Assembly: GCF_002272895.1 (NCBI RefSeq)
Contig: NZ_MLAQ01000001.1
Location: 109,800 to 149,799 of the forward strand
DNA from: Helicobacter sp. 12S02232-10
Lineage (GTDB): Bacteria > Campylobacterota > Campylobacteria > Campylobacterales > Helicobacteraceae
Direction of reading: 5' to 3'
DNA: 40,000 bases
Under the pieces are notes generated by a model, which did not search any database, was not told the DNA's origin, and was given only the letters and a program-made list of their open reading frames with translations. The position numbers were made by a program, and so were the translations under genes. This document shows, in pieces, positions 37,476 through 40,000 of this stretch (position 1 is its first letter; every line of letters starts with the position of its first letter).

Positions 37476-38474
37476 TTATTGAACTATTTTTGTTTTTGCA
37501 ATACTCTGATAACTTTTAACTGTTGTGTTAAATTTATTTAGGAAAAATTTATTTTTGCTTGCTAAAAAACTTACAACTCTCTGAAGTTGGTCGCTATTGA
37601 GTTCAGCTATCGCATCCAGACAGACTTTTGAAAACTCATTATCATCCATAGAATTCATACTCTCAGAAAGAGCTTTGGTATATTTTTGAAATAATTTCTT
37701 ATCCTGAGCCTCTCGTTTGTTTTGTTCAATAATATCATTTTTCAAAAATTTGAGTTTTGAAATTGTCAAGTCTTTTAGATATTTTTTTGAATAAGAATTT
37801 GTAAGTTCCAAGATATGATCTATGAGCTCTAATTTTTCAGGGGTTTCATCATAATAAGCTTTATAATTTTCTTCCATCAAGGAGGGCATAAAAATCTTGA
37901 TGATATTGAGCTTGATTTCAGAAATTTTTTTTATTTTTTCCAAATGAGAAGGATCTTTTGAGTCTTGGTATGCACGTTTTAATTTTGCTATATCGTCTTG
38001 ATTCTTCTCATAGTATTTTACCAAAGGTATTCTCTCTTCAACGGGCAAAATTTTGAATTTTTCTTCTAGTTTTTCTAACCACACTTGTTGGAGTTGGCGA
38101 TATTTAACTTTCAAAATTTTTTCGAGTTTGCTTGGAGGGATCGTGTCTAACTGCATACATAGAATTTCTAAAAAATCTTCATAAGAATAACGATCGATAT
38201 ATTCATCAATCAAATCATAAATTTTTGAAAAATTTTTTCCAATCTTAAGAAGTTTCGACTTGAGTTGATTTTCCAAATCATAGTTTTTAATGTGTCCTAC
38301 AGAAAAGCTATTATTTTGATGCAATGAAGTTTGAAATTCGTAAATCACCTTGAGGCTATGTTCCTTATAGAGATTAAAAAGTTTTTCATTATCCATAGCA
38401 TTAAGTTCGATAATATTATAGCCGTGATTTTTTAAATAAAGCTTTATCATTTCAAAATCATAAGGTACATCCAT
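37476..38474 (-). CDS. hypothetical protein (helical, K/E/L-rich)
   Basis: 332 aa. Its start codon abuts the folP stop, so it is probably co-transcribed. No motif recognised. Confidence 0.6.
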   Translation of the reverse strand: MDVPYDFEMIKLYLKNHGYNIIELNAMDNEKLFNLYKEHSLKVIYEFQTSLHQNNSFSVGHIKNYDLENQLKSKLLKIGKNFSKIYDLIDEYIDRYSYEDFLEILCMQLDTIPPSKLEKILKVKYRQLQQVWLEKLEEKFKILPVEERIPLVKYYEKNQDDIAKLKRAYQDSKDPSHLEKIKKISEIKLNIIKIFMPSLMEENYKAYYDETPEKLELIDHILELTNSYSKKYLKDLTISKLKFLKNDIIEQNKREAQDKKLFQKYTKALSESMNSMDDNEFSKVCLDAIAELNSDQLQRVVSFLASKNKFFLNKFNTTVKSYQSIAKTKIVQ

Positions 38475-39622
38475 TATAACACTTCTTTTAAAGCTTGATA
38501 AATTTTAAGAATATCAAGATGTTCATCTACGTCATGCACACGCAAGATGTTCGCACCATTTTGGAGTGCAATCAAATGGAGTGCAAGCGTTCCAGCAAGC
38601 CTATCTTGAACCTCTCTTTGAGTTAAAATACCAATTGTATTTTTTCTACTAGCTCCAACTAAAATCGGATATCCAAAATGAGAGAAATGTTTTAAATGCT
38701 TGATAAGAGATAGATTTTGATCTTGATTTTTGGCAAAACCAAATCCGATATCCAAAATAATATCTTCAATGCCAAAAGATTTAAGCCATTTGATTTTTTG
38801 TTCAAAAAAAGTTTCAAGCTCTTCAAATAAGTCGGAATAATCTGTGAGTTGCTGCATAGTTTTAGGCGTTCCTTTTGAATGCATCAGAACTGCTATTGCA
38901 TGATATTGTGCCGTAATCTTTGCCATATCAGGATGATGATACCCGCTAATATCATTGATAATCTTAAATCCATTGGCAAGCGCAAAATCAGCTGTTTGAG
39001 GGTTATAAGTATCAATACTAAAAGTTGCTTTTTTGAAAAGATTTTGAGCATAAATTTCTTTAACTACCGCTTCAAGCCTTCTTTTTTCTTCTGCAAAATC
39101 AATCAAATCACTTCCAGGTTTTGAACTTGCTGCTCCAACATCAATAATTTCCACTCCTTTTTCAATGAGGTTATAAATTCTCTCAATTGCACTTTTTGGC
39201 GTATGCCTACTGCCCATAAAAAAACTATCGGGAGTGATGTTGAGGATCGCCATTATTTTAGGAAAATCCCAAGATAAATGTTCATTTTTTAAATGTATAG
39301 AAATTGTATTTGCCAACTCTTTCAAACCAAAAGGTTGCATTTTACACTTTAAGATGATTTTTTCCAATTGCGTTCTAGTGGCGATGAGTATGCCATCATA
39401 ATAAGGTTTTTTTGCTAATATACATTCTCTTGGGGTAGCAAAATCCCCACCGGCACTTAATGCTTCTTGTTTGAGTATCATTGCCCCGCTCAAAGATAAA
39501 TGTTTCACTTCAAAAAGAATTATTTCCCCTTTTTTATCCATAATCTTTTGACCCTGCAAATCACTCCCGATGTTTTTTATTGCTTGTTTTAAGGAGTCAG
39601 GATGGATTCTTTTTAAAAACAT
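38474..39622 (-). CDS. folP: dihydropteroate synthase (long Helicobacter-type form)
   Basis: Pterin-binding motifs (ILNITPDSF, IIDVGAASSKPG, SIDT, NDISG, GASRK) preceded by a ~110-aa N-terminal extension. Confidence 0.9.
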   Translation of the reverse strand: MFLKRIHPDSLKQAIKNIGSDLQGQKIMDKKGEIILFEVKHLSLSGAMILKQEALSAGGDFATPRECILAKKPYYDGILIATRTQLEKIILKCKMQPFGLKELANTISIHLKNEHLSWDFPKIMAILNITPDSFFMGSRHTPKSAIERIYNLIEKGVEIIDVGAASSKPGSDLIDFAEEKRRLEAVVKEIYAQNLFKKATFSIDTYNPQTADFALANGFKIINDISGYHHPDMAKITAQYHAIAVLMHSKGTPKTMQQLTDYSDLFEELETFFEQKIKWLKSFGIEDIILDIGFGFAKNQDQNLSLIKHLKHFSHFGYPILVGASRKNTIGILTQREVQDRLAGTLALHLIALQNGANILRVHDVDEHLDILKIYQALKEVL

Positions 39623-39639
39623 TTCTTATTGCCTTGTAT

Positions 39640-40000
39640 TCAACTGTATAAAATTTTTGACGTTTTTATCTTTTGTAAAACCATCAATAAAAGGGGTAAA
39701 AAGATATAGATATCTTTCTGGTAATTCTGATTAGCATTTAAGGCTTCATCAAAACTTTTAAGCTCTTCTTCATTAAGAAAAATCCGATTTTTTCTAATCA
39801 AAAATAAAAGTGATTGAATCTTTTCTTTCGTGATTTCTTTTGAAATATCAGATTCTTTTTCTAAGGTTTTTAAAAAATCATAAACACTTTTTAAAGATAA
39901 ATTTCTTAAATCAAGTTCAAAAGGCCTCAAGTTGGTTCTTTTTCTCTTATCTTCCAAAGGAAGCCTAGATCTTATGGTTGGCAAAAAAGATGTTTTATTT
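39640..40000 (-). CDS. holB: DNA polymerase III delta-prime subunit, N-terminus outside window
   Basis: The frame is open to the window edge (..NKTSFLPTIRSR). LPTIRSR is the clamp-loader sensor motif. The C-terminal helical domain follows. Confidence 0.7.
   Translation of the reverse strand, partial: NKTSFLPTIRSRLPLEDKRKRTNLRPFELDLRNLSLKSVYDFLKTLEKESDISKEITKEKIQSLLFLIRKNRIFLNEEELKSFDEALNANQNYQKDIYIFLPLLLMVLQKIKTSKILYS

Noticed and set aside
1-40000. Looked for tRNA/tmRNA genes (common phage att sites), rRNA, CRISPR arrays, IS elements with terminal inverted repeats, and defence-system signatures (RT, Cas, large ATPase-nuclease pairs, TIR/SIR2-like genes).
   Set aside because: None seen. There are no cloverleaf-like GC-rich ~75-nt segments at the insertion borders, no regularly spaced short repeats and no transposase-like ORF. 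The flanking core genes are ordinary housekeeping genes.

Overview
AT-rich Campylobacterota chromosome segment whose gene content and order look like Helicobacter: hypA, a hypothetical gene, lpxB, greA, dut; coaX-hisG; gmhB-rfaD-hldE-gmhA; and purL, ppsA, folP, holB. Ordinary core genes fill 1-25.1 kb and 36.2-40 kb. Between them lies an ~11-kb accessory insertion, starting 31 bp upstream of a XerH-type tyrosine recombinase gene at a difH-like site. It has four notable parts. (1) A 9,954-bp unit bounded by two direct dif-like sites. It encodes a P-loop packaging-type ATPase, a 324-aa candidate jelly-roll capsid protein, a vertex-sized protein, an anchored lytic transglycosylase, a 3TM holin-like protein and about ten tiny membrane proteins. 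It has no integrase, portal, terminase or tail genes. I read it as a PM2/corticovirus-like, membrane-containing tailless phage that may use host XerH/difH for integration (a candidate IMEX). (2) A ~1-kb tandem mini-derivative made of six collinear blocks that are 100% identical to the full unit, separated by clean deletions. (3) Two ~225-bp inverted modules bracketing the late operon, plus a third copy in the mini-element. Each has a perfect TATAAT followed by three GC-rich hairpins, and the middle hairpin differs in sequence but keeps its structure. (4) A ~1.3-kb control region with only one short annotated ORF, carrying iteron-like repeats. All functional calls come from motifs read by eye in the translations. 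No database search was possible, and the viral-family assignment needs structure or profile searches.
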